Shown here piece after piece: positions 33,001 to 46,900 of a DNA stretch of 60,074 nucleotides. Source of the stretch: Hydrurus foetidus (Eukaryota); the NCBI GenBank assembly GCA_900617105.1, contig UYFQ01000368.1, forward strand, positions 1 to 60,074, read 5' to 3'. Position 1 is the first letter of the stretch. The number at the start of each line of letters is the position of its first letter. The position numbers and the translations under genes are program-made. The notes under the pieces were generated by a model that was not told the origin of the DNA, ran no database searches, and saw only the letters and a list, made by a program, of their open reading frames with translations.

Positions 33001-36000
33001 CCTGTCTTGATGCGCTGACTAACTTCCTTGCAGATGACTTGGCCGTACGGTTACGGTCAAGATCTCACTCTGTAGCGGAGGATGTGGGGAAGGCCGCGTT
33101 ATCTCCTTCTTCTCTCCCCTTTCCCGTCTCCTTCAAATCTCCTCTATCAGAGGTCATGGCTCATCGCTTCTTCTTGAGTGCCTTAAAGTACGCGACATGT
33201 TCTCTCTCACAGAGCAAGGCACGGCTTGCTGCACTGCGTACTATAGCTGCACTGACAGACTGGCCACTTGCCCTGAATGGCATGATAACTAAAGGCATCA
33301 TCAACGATGTTGTGCTAATCAGTCAAGAGAGATATGGTGGAAAGACGAGCAGTAGTAACATCTCATCTGCTCCTACCACTGCCACTGTCACTCCTCGTCA
33401 TACCAAGAGAAACAACTCATTCGGATATTTTTTCCAAGGACAATCACCAAGGGCCACAGGCACACCCAGTGCAGCTAGTGAACGCACTCCTTCTTCAACC
33501 TACCCACACACACAGTCTGCATCGCACAGCAACATCACCACTCCCATAAACTCTGTGAAAGCTATGAAGATGTCTAGGAGTGTGAGTGCAGAGAGCGATC
33601 AAGGCATGGACGTGGACGCTAGCTACAGCAATGGCCGGGCATGCAGTGTAGGGGGTGACCGTAGTCCAGTAAGCACCATGATCAGTAGCAGCATCATCAA
33701 CCACTCCCTGTGCGACAGCAACATCAATCTAGCCCCGGCTGCCGTGAGAAAGGACAGCAAGGGGGATCCACGTCTGCCTGTGGAGTCGCCCAATGCATCC
33801 GTACGTAGAAACAGCTGTGCAGTGGAAGGTGTCTTCAGCACCGAACTAATGACGGAAGAGACGATGTGCATGTGTTTCTCGCTTGCCAACGCTGCCTCTC
33901 ACAGTATTGACTGCGCCCAAGACGTCTTCAACATGGACTTGATGAACGTCATGCTGCGACTCGCTGACTCCTCGAACCTTGAGATTGTGCGTCAGGCGTT
34001 GAAGTGCATAGGCGCAATGTGTTTGGTACGCAACACCCAGACTCCTCTTGCACTGACAGGCGACCAGCGTGTTACAGACACACGGACGAAGCAGTTACGC
34101 TCCCAGACATACTTTAGAGCACTAGCTGCGTTGACTGCTGCATTGAGCAGTCCCTCTTCATTGGTGCAATTGGAGGCAGTGAAGGGCATAGCCAACATAG
34201 CAGGAGTCGACGAACAACTGTGCGATCAAGCCGTGGCTGGATCACTCCGCACTATCATCAGCATGCTATTAGATGCATCATGTGACAGAGACACACGCAA
34301 TGCTGCGGAAGACGTTCTCAAGGCAGTGGGGTTTATAGGGGGCATGAGAGACCTGGAGGTGTGTCAGTTTGATGTGGGATTACTGCGAGAATGGTTCACT
34401 ATTAAGAAAAGCATGCCACCTCAGATGTTGGCAAGAAAACTAGTGGCCCATTGGATTGAAGACCTCTTCAATGGTGCGCAGCCGGTGCCTGTGGTGATAA
34501 ACAGTAGCACTGCGCACAGCGCACCGTTACAAATACCCTGTCCCATGTATAGCTGGTCTAATTCTGCCCCATCTTCCGGGAGTAATTCCAGATCTGGATC
34601 CCCGATCCATGGAAGAAGTCAGATGTTCTGGAATCAAGGAGGTCCAAGTTCTTCTGGGACAGTGAGTGGTTCATCCACTTCAAGAGGGCAGAGAGAAAAA
34701 ACATTACTGCAAAGCGCTAAAAGTGAATTGCAGAGAAGGTTTACAGATAGCATATCTAAATTCGTTCCGTTTTGTATGGGTGGCTCCGCTGCGAGAGTGG
34801 TGAGGGAAGAAGAGGAGGAGGATCAGGAGATAAGGGAGATTGGACTGGATCTGTTCAGTCCATCTGCTGGGAGTAATACGTCTAATCCATATGGATTGTA
34901 TGAAGGAATGGATTGTCCGCCTGACGGAGTGCTGAATTTAATGGACATATTCTACGCCTCTCACTTGCAGCAGGTGTTGCTAATGGATATGGTATCTTTC
35001 CTAAGCGATCATGTTCTGGAGAACTTGATATCATGGAATAGATCAGACTATGCGGACAGTAGCACGAATAGCGAGGACATCATCAACATAGACTCGGACT
35101 GCGAGTTGGACTACGATAAGGAACTCCTACGCACTCAACAGGCACTGCGACATATTGGACCTAAAGGGGAGTTCGACCGGACATGCGCACGACTTTCGCT
35201 GCCTATTCCCTTCTCCTTGAACGCGTTATTACTGCCAATGAGGGTGTACGTGTCATTCACGCGTGTGGGGAGGGTGATAGAGCGCATTGTAGAGCAGGGA
35301 GGGGACCTCCAACCCTTCTCCCTTGTGTTCAGAGACTCCCACTTCGATGGCGACTCCCACGCAACACTTCTCTCCACTCTAAGACGATGTGGAAGAATAG
35401 TCACATTGAGTTTTGCCAACTACAAAACGGTTGAGGTGGAGAGGGGAAGTGGTATGGGATGGCTAGTAGGCAATCTCCCTCCTTCTATCAGATTCGTCAG
35501 GTGCGTATCTGTTCGTATTCATCGCCATTTAATTGTTTTTACAATTGATATTAGTCTTGTGGTGGATTTCTACATCGTGCAATAGTTCGTTTGTATCCTG
35601 AAACGTATTTTTCGCTATGACATGATAAAAGAGCACGTTGACAATTTGTATTTCTTATGTACTTGCATATTTACCGAATATAGAAGTAGTCTCTCATTCA
35701 AACTCTTCGTAGTAGTCTAGCTACTAGATGCGCTTATTTCAACACTTATATAGTCATTGCAGCACCAATTAACCAATCATTAATTCTCAATACCATTACT
35801 TCCATCAACGACTATCAACCTTCATCAATGTTTTCCCCTACTATTTATTCTTCCAGTCTCCGGAACATCATCGGCACGGAAAGCATCCAGGCTCTATGCA
35901 TTTTATTGAGGAAGCAGAATTTATCATTCTTAGAGGTGAATTCAAGTATTCTTGTACTTCTCTCTTCTCGTGTTTTTGATGGTCTTTGCGTATGTACAGC

Positions 36001-39000
36001 GTTCTCGGTGACACGCTAGACTATATGTCATCACAAGACGGCTAGTTTACGTTAATTTTAACTTTACCATTTCGTAATACGATTCAGTGACCTTTCTCTT
36101 CCCTTTACTATTTTTCTTCTTCTTCTTCTTCTTCTTTCTCAGCTTCCTTTTCCTCTCCACGATTTATTATCTGACCATTAAACACTGCCATCTCAGTATC
36201 TCCATCACATTCCTTCTCTCACCTCCACATTCTCGCCACCCCCTTCCCTCTCACATCGTGTAGGCTCCTCAATCATATCCCTGGAGTTACAACAACCCGT
36301 CACCAAATGACCCCAATGCGAAACTAAATCCAACGACTGTCCTCCCCAAGACCCTCAAACAAAGCATGCAAGAAGACGTGTCAGCCGCCCTTCTTCCGGG
36401 TAGATCCTGCCATCCTTTGGGCTTGCAGGGAATTGCTATCACGCACAGCACATTCACGCAGGAAGATGTTAAGTACATACGCGATTTACTAGAGCCAGTG
36501 ACATTGTCTAGAAAGAGCAGTAACACCCCCAGGAGTGTGGGAGATAAAGAAAAAGACAGGGAGAGAGGGAAAGAGAGAGGGATAGAGATAGAGATAGAGG
36601 TGATGACTCGACTACTAGCAGCAAAGACACTGGAAGTAACAAGAGTGCCAATGGTCGACCAAGAGGATTGAGATACCTCGATCTCGGATTCAACAGAATA
36701 GGATGCACTAACTGCAGTGAGATACTTCGAGCAGCTGCAAGAGGAGATCTGGAGTGTTTGAACCTCGCCGGTAACTTCACGCACAGAGGGGAGCCTTTCT
36801 TAAATGCCCTCGTAGAAACCCTCACGCCATTTGCCCATCCTAGTACATCATCGAACAGGAGTGAGGTGGGTGATGATTGCTCTTCTGATGGGGGTAGTGA
36901 TGACGGACATTTGAAAACACCGTCCAAAGCAACAGGGGGGTCTCTCAAAGGAAGTCGTACCAGCTCTCCGCATGATTTGCTCTCACTACATCTTCCTAAA
37001 TTTGTTCCGCCAGCATATACAAGCCATCTGAAACACTTGGTAAGATATGACACGTACAGCCTTTACACTCGTTTCTCATGCACCATCTTTATTTTGTCAT
37101 TTGTCTCTGTTCTTGTTCATAATATTTATTTTTGAAATTATATCTACAAACACATTTCAGAACGTATTATTTATTCTAAGTCAGTCCACTTTATCCTTTT
37201 TCAACATGTACGAATTCACTTCTCAGTTAATGTATCTAGTGAGTTGTATCGTTGTTCTTTATATGTCGAATTGGACAACAACTAATAACAAATTATATCC
37301 TAACTCGATGAATCCAATTGTTTTTAATTTCATACACTACTCTCACTCTATTCATTCGAATCACTAACATTCACTTTATCATATCATCAGGGACTGTCAT
37401 ACAACAACCTATCAAGCCGAGTGCTATGCGGTATACTAAACTGCCTACAACGCAACACTTCTCTCGGGTCACTCGATGTCAGCCACAACAGTCTCAAGCA
37501 CTCCCCTCTAGTCAAAGAATCAATACGGAACTTTCTGCGCCTAAATAGAGGCATTAGAACACTTGATCTGAGTCACAATTTCTTCACGGAAGAAACTACG
37601 AAAGCCATTCATTTAGGGCTGTTGGAGAATGACGGTACGTTGCTTTGTATTTGTGTTTGTAGTGGTGTATGGTGTGTGTGGATGTCAGCAGCACCATCAC
37701 ATGGAAGAGACAAGCGTATGCACATACGAGCATGTATAATTGTTTGCACGTATGTACGCAGATGTGCATGCATATATGAGTGTATGTATGTATGTATACA
37801 TGAACGCACGCGTGTGTGTATGTACATGTTTGCACGCGCATATGCATGTATGTGCGTATGTGTGTGAGTGTCTGTTCGACTTGTTCCTATGATCATGAAA
37901 CCCGTCTCTCACCATTAACCTCTTTCCTCCTCCTCCTCCTCTTTCATCCTTCGCATCCAGTGTTGCTGTTGCTGCCCTTGATAGGCAACGGCAGCGCAGA
38001 GAGATCAGCCGAGCTCCCTCTAGTGCAGCACAAATTGAGAGAAAACAGAGTGCGGTATAAAGCATTGATCGATCTGTTCAATAAACAAGCAGATGATCAA
38101 GAGAGATTGCAGAAAATAAGGAGAAAAAGAGACGCGGAAAAAAGAGCGGAGTTAGAGAGGGAGCTGGAAATGGAAATGGAGAGAGAAAGGGAATTAGAGG
38201 AAGAGAGGGAGAGAGAGAGGGAATTAGATGCTGATTCAGAAATGCTAACAGAAAAAAGAACAGAAAATCTGGAAGGAAGCGAAGTTGAATCCGTAATTCA
38301 AACAGAGGATGTGGTATCTGACAATTTGACGGATTTCTCCGACTGGCCCACTGTGCTGTCTCCCATTCGAACACCCCCTGAATACGACTCAGACGGGTCT
38401 GCTAGAATGAGCCCCCCTGTCCCCAATTCCGTCCCTAGTCTCAGTCCTGTCATGAGTTCTCGACCCCTTTCCACCCAGTCCGTTCAGTTCTCCCCACTCA
38501 CCTCTATTATACCCCCAATGTCTCTGGATTGGACCGCGGATGACGGATCATTTACGACCAGCCCCGGTAGTCCCAATCTCGGCAATGGTGACAGTGCACC
38601 TGTCGCATTAGGCAGCCAAAGCTCTGAAGAGAGTGCAAACATGTTGATAACATTTGGAACGTTCCCTGCTGTGTCGATCTCTTCCTCTCCCGCCCCTCGC
38701 ACTCCCTCAAGCGATGGAGGCCTCATCGCACCCAGTCCCTTCAAAGCTGTCCCCCCTACTACACTTCTTCCCCTACCGCTCCCTCTGTCTCTCCCTCCCC
38801 TCCTCCCACTGCTCACCATCCCAAGTTGTGGTATCGCAGACGTTCAATCTCCACCCGGACTCAACAGCACACTGACGTACACGGAACCTTCTCACATAAG
38901 ACGCGCTAGTTCGCTACTAATGCGTCCTAAGAGCATGGGACATATACTGGACCAACAACTTAACGCCAGACTCATGCAAGCGACGTCACCCACTGTGGGC

Positions 39001-39257
39001 AGTCTTAGGAGAGTGAAGAAAGAGAAGAACGTACTGAACGTTCTCTTCTCCGCCCCTTTGGCTTGGAGGGACCGTTCCAACAGATTGCACCCCCTCGAAA
39101 TGCTCGACTACGGAGCGGAAAGGTCAGTCAGTCCTTCATCATCTGATCCTTTTTCTTTTTTTTGTTGAACAGTGTAGTATGGCAGTAGTTGTGCTATGCT
39201 TTTACGCAAGAAATCATCACATCCACTTCTTCTATTCTAGACTCTCTTTTTTGCTTA

Positions 39258-39329
<72 letters not shown>

Positions 39330-41157
39330 CTCTCTCTCTCTCAATGAATCTATCTATCTCACCATTGCTCTCTCTACTCCACTGTTTTACTCTGTCTCCC
39401 TTCCCCTTATCCCCTCTATCCCCACCCACCCATTCCTCCTCATTTCCATTACCTCTTCTCTCAGGGATGCTTTGAGTCACGTGTTCCGTGAAGTGCAGAG
39501 GGACATCAGCGTGATCTACGACTTCGCTACCACTGACGCACTTCGCACAGCTCTCTCCTTCGGATGTAGAGCACTACACTTCTCAGGACACGGGCACGAA
39601 AGCCACCTCAACTTCGAAGACGGGAGATCAGGGCTACAGCTAGTCAACGTGAACACTCTAAGAAGTCTGCTAAGTGCGGGTGGTTTGATGTTAGACTTTG
39701 TGTTCGTGTCAGCATGTCATTCAAGACCCACAGGGCAGGCCTTCGTTGACGCTGGTGTGAAGCACGTGGTGTGCGTGAAGATAGAGGCGATGATACAGGA
39801 CAGCAGTGCGATGGCGTTCACGAGAGCTTTCTACCTCGCCCTCTTATCAGGCCAGACAGTCAAGCACTCTTTCTTGATCGCAAAGGAAGCCCTCAAGGCA
39901 TCCCCCTGCATTGCAGACAGCGTACTGGAAGGAGAGAAGTTCGTCCTTCTCCCTGAGGGTGACTCTCACGACGTGCCCATCTTTCTCTCCTGCCATGTGT
40001 TGGAGTGGGTCTCACCGACATACGGTAACTCCCACATCCCCTCCCCTCCCCCAGACTTTGAGGGTCGTGAGGTGGACATGCACCGCATCATCACGACACT
40101 GCTGGCGAGGCGCTTGGTGTCTGTTGTGGGTGCAGTAGGTCAAGGCAAGAGTTCATTAACCGCTGCTGTTGTGACGTACATGAACGACAGAAAGACCATG
40201 TTCGAGGACGGGATTATCTACCTAAAACCACACGGCAGCTACAAGCTGATCAACCACAGGTCACTGCTAACAGCTCTCCTAGCTGCAATATTGCTCGGAC
40301 CAACTGCTGTGGCGTCCAGGCTACAAGAGCTACAGAAGGAGAGTCCAGTGGCAGAGTCGGGGGGGACTCCTACTAATTTTAGCCGCACTACGGGTGGGGC
40401 GGGAAAGGGTGACGCATCATCAGGCAGGGCTGATAGTGAATGCGATGGTAGTGGAGGCAATGCTGATGCAGATCCAGTGTATCTAATCGAGGAACTCATC
40501 GTGTCAGTGCTCAGCCCCTTCAGACTCCTTCTGGTTCTTGACCACATTGAAGGGCTCCTCTCGAACACTATAACCGACACTGCCACAGACCTCAAGTTCT
40601 TCCTAGGCAGAGTATTCGAGAGGTGTCGCAATGTCAAGGTGCTAGTTGTGGCGGGGGAAGCTATGGGCATGGGGCAAGTGAGCGGATTCGGGGTAGTGGA
40701 AAACCCTGTGTCGGTCGGTCCCCTTTCTCTGAGGAGCAGTCTAAGGCTGTTTGCGCGTCTGGCACCTGCTCTGTCAACGTCACAGAGGAAGGCTTCTTTC
40801 GTGTCTGCCCTGATGCCATCTAAGCCGGATGTTACGGTGCACTGTCGTGAGTTGACGATGTGTTCGTTGAAGCTGTTAGCGCTGTTCGGCAATGGCAACC
40901 CCTCTTCTATCGTGAAGCTTGCATGCGAGTCATCTCTGGAGAGTGTGGAGAAACTGATGACTGAGGGAGTAGACATCATTTACACGATAGAGGGTAGTGG
41001 AGATGTTGTGAGGAGGAGAACGGTCAGCGCCACTCCTGCGTACGTACTACCCTCTTCACCCGTCACTTCTCACAGATCCACATCACCCCTCTCGCCTACC
41101 TACGCCCTCTCCTCCTCTTCTTCTTCCTCCGCGTCTGTATCTAGAATGGAAAGATGA
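30084..41157 (+). CDS. ~3,080-aa multi-exon protein: ARM/HEAT-like repeats - LRRs - coiled coil - CHAT (caspase-like) peptidase - STAND-type P-loop NTPase
   Basis: Exons 30084-30716, 30831-35500, 35857-35935, 36264-37039, 37391-37634, 37961-39122, 39465-41157, all GT-AG and phase-compatible; one frame slip in the AG repeat at ~36560-36600. Motifs LRYLDLGFNRI, LDVSHN, LDLSHN; LHFSGHG, VFVSACHS; FEGRE, GAVGQGKS, LLVLDHIE. Confidence 0.82.
39262..39342. repeat. (CT)n microsatellite in intron
   Basis: About 40 CT units. Confidence 0.95.
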
Positions 41158-42755
41158 AAGTGGTCTATTGGAGAGGTCTTGACAGGTATACGAGAGATGA
41201 GACAGCCGCCATATGAACAGATACTGTAGCAGAGAAAGAGAAAGCAAGAATAAAAATAAAATTGGAATTGTATCGACCTATACAATGTGTACAGATAATG
41301 GTGAAAAGTCAAATAAAGTGAAACGAAATGCAGTGAAGACTTTTAATGGTCCTTACAATCGACAGGGATGGAAGTAGAGGGTAAAGTAGAGAGGAAGGTA
41401 GAGACGGGACATGATCCGATACGCATCAAAAAGCCTGCAACATTGTAGTGTACAAAGTTATGTACGTGATGTACAGTAAGAATAATAAATTATTTTGACG
41501 CGCTTATCTGTTATTAATCTGTAGGTATAGAATGGTTTGCTGTTTATTAGACTGTTACAAGGGATGAATATGTAAGGTTAGAGGGACGAGCTAGTTCAGA
41601 TAGTAATGTGTATTGGGTTCAACTGACGAAACATTGCTTTCACGCATAGACGGAAATCATATCTTAGAATCGATCAGTTCTTGTCGTGGAAATTTTCCCT
41701 TCTGCGGTAGACTGATTCATTTATTGGCTGTTTCTTGCATTAAAATCAAAATATCACAACGTGAAGTGTTCAACTGAATTAAGACATGAAAAGTTGCTTT
41801 GGCTCTAGTGACTCTCCTCTTTTACACTCTACCTTATCTATCACACCCACCTCGTCTTATATACATCTCTCAATTAATGCATACGTACGTACATTTTCGT
41901 CATTCAATTATCAATAATTATTGCTTTCATCGCCCAATTTGTAAATTGTGATAAATCCAGATATTTTTATTTATTTAAATCGAAGGATTTAATATATGGC
42001 GTTGAGAATAGAGTGAGGACATTGTCTGTGATTAGCACCCTTCTGTACACTGTACGCCATGCCATGCGTGGGGGTGAGAGAAAATGAAGGCTATTCAGGA
42101 TAAATAAAAAGATCGGGTCTTTTTCGGAGCGAAAAAAATCAATCTATTTTTATCAGCGAACTGCTATTTGACTATTTTAAGTAGCTGAAGGCGTTTACAA
42201 GTGAAATAATTGGGGGTAAAATATCGGATTACTGTATTGCGCCGGTGGCGATACAACACAGAGATGAGCTGTGCATGAGCTGTAAGCGTCGCGAATAAAA
42301 TGAAATGCTACACTTTCGTACAAAATGAAAAATTATCAAATGATATATTGTGTAATGAAAAACTGTGTAGCGAAATATTTTGAAATGTAAGTTATGAATC
42401 GTAGAGATCGAAGAGTGCTGATTACCGGCGACTCTTGACACCTGTGGCGATCAGATTATGCGATGTGATGAAAAGTAAGATATCATGCTAATCTTAAATC
42501 TATTATATAATACAGAGTGACGTTTTTCATTCCGCCTGGAAGTTGCCATCATCTTTGATAAACTTTGTCAAATTTATTCTACTCTACTCTACTTTTCTTT
42601 AATTTACTTTTCTTTATATTTTACTCTATTATGACTTAATTCGATTCGATACGATTAAATCTTTCCAAGATTATTTTTATTTTGCGTAGCTAGAGTAATG
42701 TTTATAGTACTTCTGAGTATCACCCATTCAAATCCGCTACTTCGAAATAGACTCT

Positions 42756-42973
42756 TCACAACCCGCTGCTGTGTTGCTGCATCGCGCTGCACTGCACTGC
42801 ACTGCACTGCGATGCATCATCGCTGCTACTATTCTTGCGTATCTGTCTATATCGCGCTGCCCTTCTAAATGTGCATCTAAAGCAATAGTTAAACCAGATG
42901 CAGAGGAGAGCAACGAGTAGTAAGAATGAGCCTGCTACCGCGCCAGCCACTGCTCCTGCTGATAATTTAGTTC
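42756..42973 (-). CDS. Probable exon encoding a single-pass transmembrane segment and cytoplasmic tail (partial gene)
   Basis: Acceptor TATTAG| then GTKLSAGAVAGAVAGSFLLLVALLCIW followed by a basic stretch. Upstream exons not identified. Confidence 0.45.
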
Positions 42974-43175
42974 CTAATAGAATGATCATGAAAATGCTGT
43001 CAAATTTGTGATGTTCTGATACCAATAGATGCAATGACGCTAAGCAAGTGTGTGTGTGCATATGCGTGGGTGTGAAGGAGGATGTGGGTCTTTGCGTGTG
43101 TGTGAAGGAGGGTGTGCAGCGTGCAGTGATGAGAAATAAAATCAATGACATGCGGAAGAGAAGGAAAGGCGACAT

Positions 43176-43760
43176 TGTGATACCGTAGTGCCGGGCCAAG
43201 GTCTCGATCCTACAGGGTACCGACTATACCGGATCCTACTGGGTACCGACCCATCGGGTACTACTACTGTACACTTCAGACTGTTGTATCATCGTAGCCA
43301 CTTACAGCTTCCACGTAGAAGTTAACCTACTTAGCTTCTAGCATAGCTCCTGTAAACTAACTAACGCCTATACTCCATTTCCTACCCTTCTTCGGACCAC
43401 AATAGCGCTATTAACCTTCGAAACCTAAATTTTTCTATCCTTTCCCAATCTACTCGGCCAAACTTTAGCTAAGACTTCCCACTGAGTACAACTACTCGCC
43501 GACTTTCGAGTCGTTTTCTCGCTGAGCTGTGCTCCGAGAACGTAGTTAAAGATAGCGAAAGTTGGGCTTAACCTCTTTCCTTGGAACCCAACGATTTGGT
43601 GTCTCCAACAGTTTGTCTCTGGCTAGAATCGAAACATCCTTACCAACTCGTAACTAAGGAGTTCTCCGCTTGCATTTTGAACGTCGGATTCGTTGCCAGA
43701 GACATCAGAATAGTCTATGGGAGTTCTTCCTTCATCCTTAACGGGACCCTAAAGATTTCT
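43176..43760 (+). mobile_element. 5' LTR (43176-43401) plus leader of a B/D-related Gypsy element F, truncated before gag
   Basis: TGTGATAC...GACCACA similar to the B and D LTRs; downstream blocks match the D leader (GAGTCGTTTTCTCG, GCTCCGAGAAC, AAGGAGTTCTCC, TTCTTCCTTCATCCTTAAC). Confidence 0.85.
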
Positions 43761-43900
43761 GTCAGTCCAACATATTCATGCATGATCTGTTAGCATAGTT
43801 TCATCTCTAGATTAGCATTCACATGTCACAAGTAGTGTAGCGCTTCCTCAACCAAAACACTGCCATACACTGTTGTGTACATACGCTCATCGTTCTTCTC

Positions 43901-46900
43901 AACAACCACAACCACAACCACAACCACAACCACAACCACAACCACAACCACAACCACAACCACAACCACAACCACAACCACAGCCACAGCCACAGCCACA
44001 GCCACAGCCACAGCCACAACCACAGCCACAGCCACAGCCACAGCCACAGCCACAGCCACAGCCACAGCCACAGCCACAGCCACAGCCACAGCCACAGCCA
44101 CAGCCACAGCCACAGCCACAGCCACAGCCACAGCCACAGCCACAGCCACAGCCTGGCCACAACCACAACCACAACCACAACCACAACCACAACCACAACC
44201 ACAGCCACAACCACAGCCACAACCACAACCACAACCACAACCACAACCACAACCACAGCCACAACCACAGCCACAGCCACAGCCACAACCACAGCCACAG
44301 CCACAGCCACAGCCACAGCCACAGCCACACCACAGCCACAGCCACAGCCACAGCCACAGCCACAGCCACAACCACAACCACAGCCACAGCCACAACCACA
44401 GCCACAGCCACAGCCACAGCCACAGCCACAGCCACAGCCACAGCCACAGCCACAACCACAGCCACAGCCACAGCCACAGCCACAGCCACAACCACAGCCA
44501 CAGCCACAGCCACAGCCACAGCCACAACCACAGCCACAGCCACAGCCACAGCCACAGCCACAGCCACAGCCACAGCCACAGCCACAGCCACAGCCACAGC
44601 CACGGCCACAGCCACAGCCACAGCCACAACCACAGCCACAGCCACAGCACAACCACAACCACAACCACAACCACAACCACAGCCACAGCCACAGCCACAG
44701 CCACAGCCACAGCCACAGCCACAGCCACAGCCACAACCACAACACAGCCACAGCCACAGCCACAGCCACAGCCACAGCCACAGCCACAGCCACAGCCACA
44801 GCCACAGCCACAGCCACAGCCACAGCCACAGCCGCAGCCACAGCCACAGCCACAGCCACAGCCACAGCCACACCACAGCCACAGCCACAACCACAGCCAC
44901 AGCCACAACCACAGCCTGGCCACAGCCACAACCACAGCCACAGCCACAGCCTGGCCACAACCACAGCCACAGCCACAGCCACAGCCACAACCACAGCCAC
45001 AGCCACAGCCACAGCCACAGCCACAGCCACAGCCACAGCCACAACCACAGCCACAGCCACAGCCACAGCCACAACCACAACCACAACCACAGCCACAGCC
45101 ACAGCCACAACCACAGCCACAGCCACAGCCACAGCCACAAGCCACAGCCACAGCCACAGCCACAGCCACAGCCACAGCCACAGCCACAGCCACAGCCACA
45201 ACCACAACCACAACCACAGCCACAACCACAACCACAACCACAGCCACAACCACAGCCACAACCACAACCACAGCCACAGCCACAGCCACAGCCACAGCCA
45301 CAGCCACAGCCACAGCCACAGCCACAGCCACCCAGCCACAGCCACAGCCACAAGCCACAGCCACAGCCACAGCCACAGCCACAGCCACAGCCACAGCCAC
45401 AGCCACAGCCACAGCCACAACCACAGCCACAGCCACAGCCACAGCCACAGCCACAGCCACAGCCACAGCCACAGCCACAGCCACAACCACAACCACAACC
45501 ACAACCATAACCACAACCACAACCACAACCACAACCACAACCACAACCACAACCACAACCACAATCACAACCACAACCACAACCACAACCACAACCACAA
45601 CCACAACCACAACCACAACCACAACCACAACCACAACCACAACCACAACCACAACCAATAAACCACACAACCACAACCACAACCACAACCACAACCACAA
45701 CCATAACCACAACCACAACCACAACCACAACCACAACCACAACTACAACCACAACTACAACTACAACCACAACCACAACCACAGCCACAACCACAACCAC
45801 AACCACAACCACAACCACAACCACAACCACAACCACAACCACAACCACAACCACAGCCACAACCACAACCACAACCACAACCACAACCACAACCACAACC
45901 ACAACCACAACCACAACCACAACCACAACCACAACCACAACCACAACCACAACCACAACCACAAACACAACCACAACCACAACCACAACCATAACCACAA
46001 CCACAACCACAACCACAACCACAACCACAACCACAACCACAACCACATCCACAACCACAACCACAACCATAACCACAACCATAACCACAACCATAACCAT
46101 AACCACAACCATAACCACAACCACAACCACAACCACAACCACAACCACAACCACAACCACAACCACAACCACAACCACAACCACAACTACAACCACAACC
46201 ACAACCACAACCACAACTACAACCACAACCACAACCACACCACAACCACAACCACAACCACAACCACAACCACAACCACAACCACAACCACAACCACAAC
46301 CACAACCACATCCACAACCACAACCACAACCACAACCACAACCACAACCACAACCACAACCACAACCACAACCACAACCACAACCACAACCACAACCACA
46401 ACCACAACCACAACCACAACCACAACCACAACCACAACCACAACCACAACCACAACCACAACCACAACCACAACCACAACCACAACCACAACCACAACTA
46501 AAACCACAACCACAACCACAACCACAACCACAACCACAACCACAACCACAACCACAACCACAACCACAACCACAACCACAACTACAACCACAACCACAAC
46601 CACAACCACAACCACAACCACAACCACAACCACAACCACAACCACAACCACAACCACAACCACAACCACAACCACAACCACAACCACAACCACAACCACA
46701 ACCACAACCACAACCACAACCACAACCACAACCACAACCACAACCACAACCACAACCACAACCACAACCACAACCACAACCACAACCACAACCACAACCA
46801 CAACCACAACCACAACCACAACCACAACCACAACCACAACCACAACCACAACCACAACCACAACCACAACCACAACCACAACCACAACCACAACCACAAC

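Noticed and set aside
37596..37896. H/T/Y/C-rich short ORFs
   Set aside because: Translations of intronic (GT/AT)-rich simple repeats.
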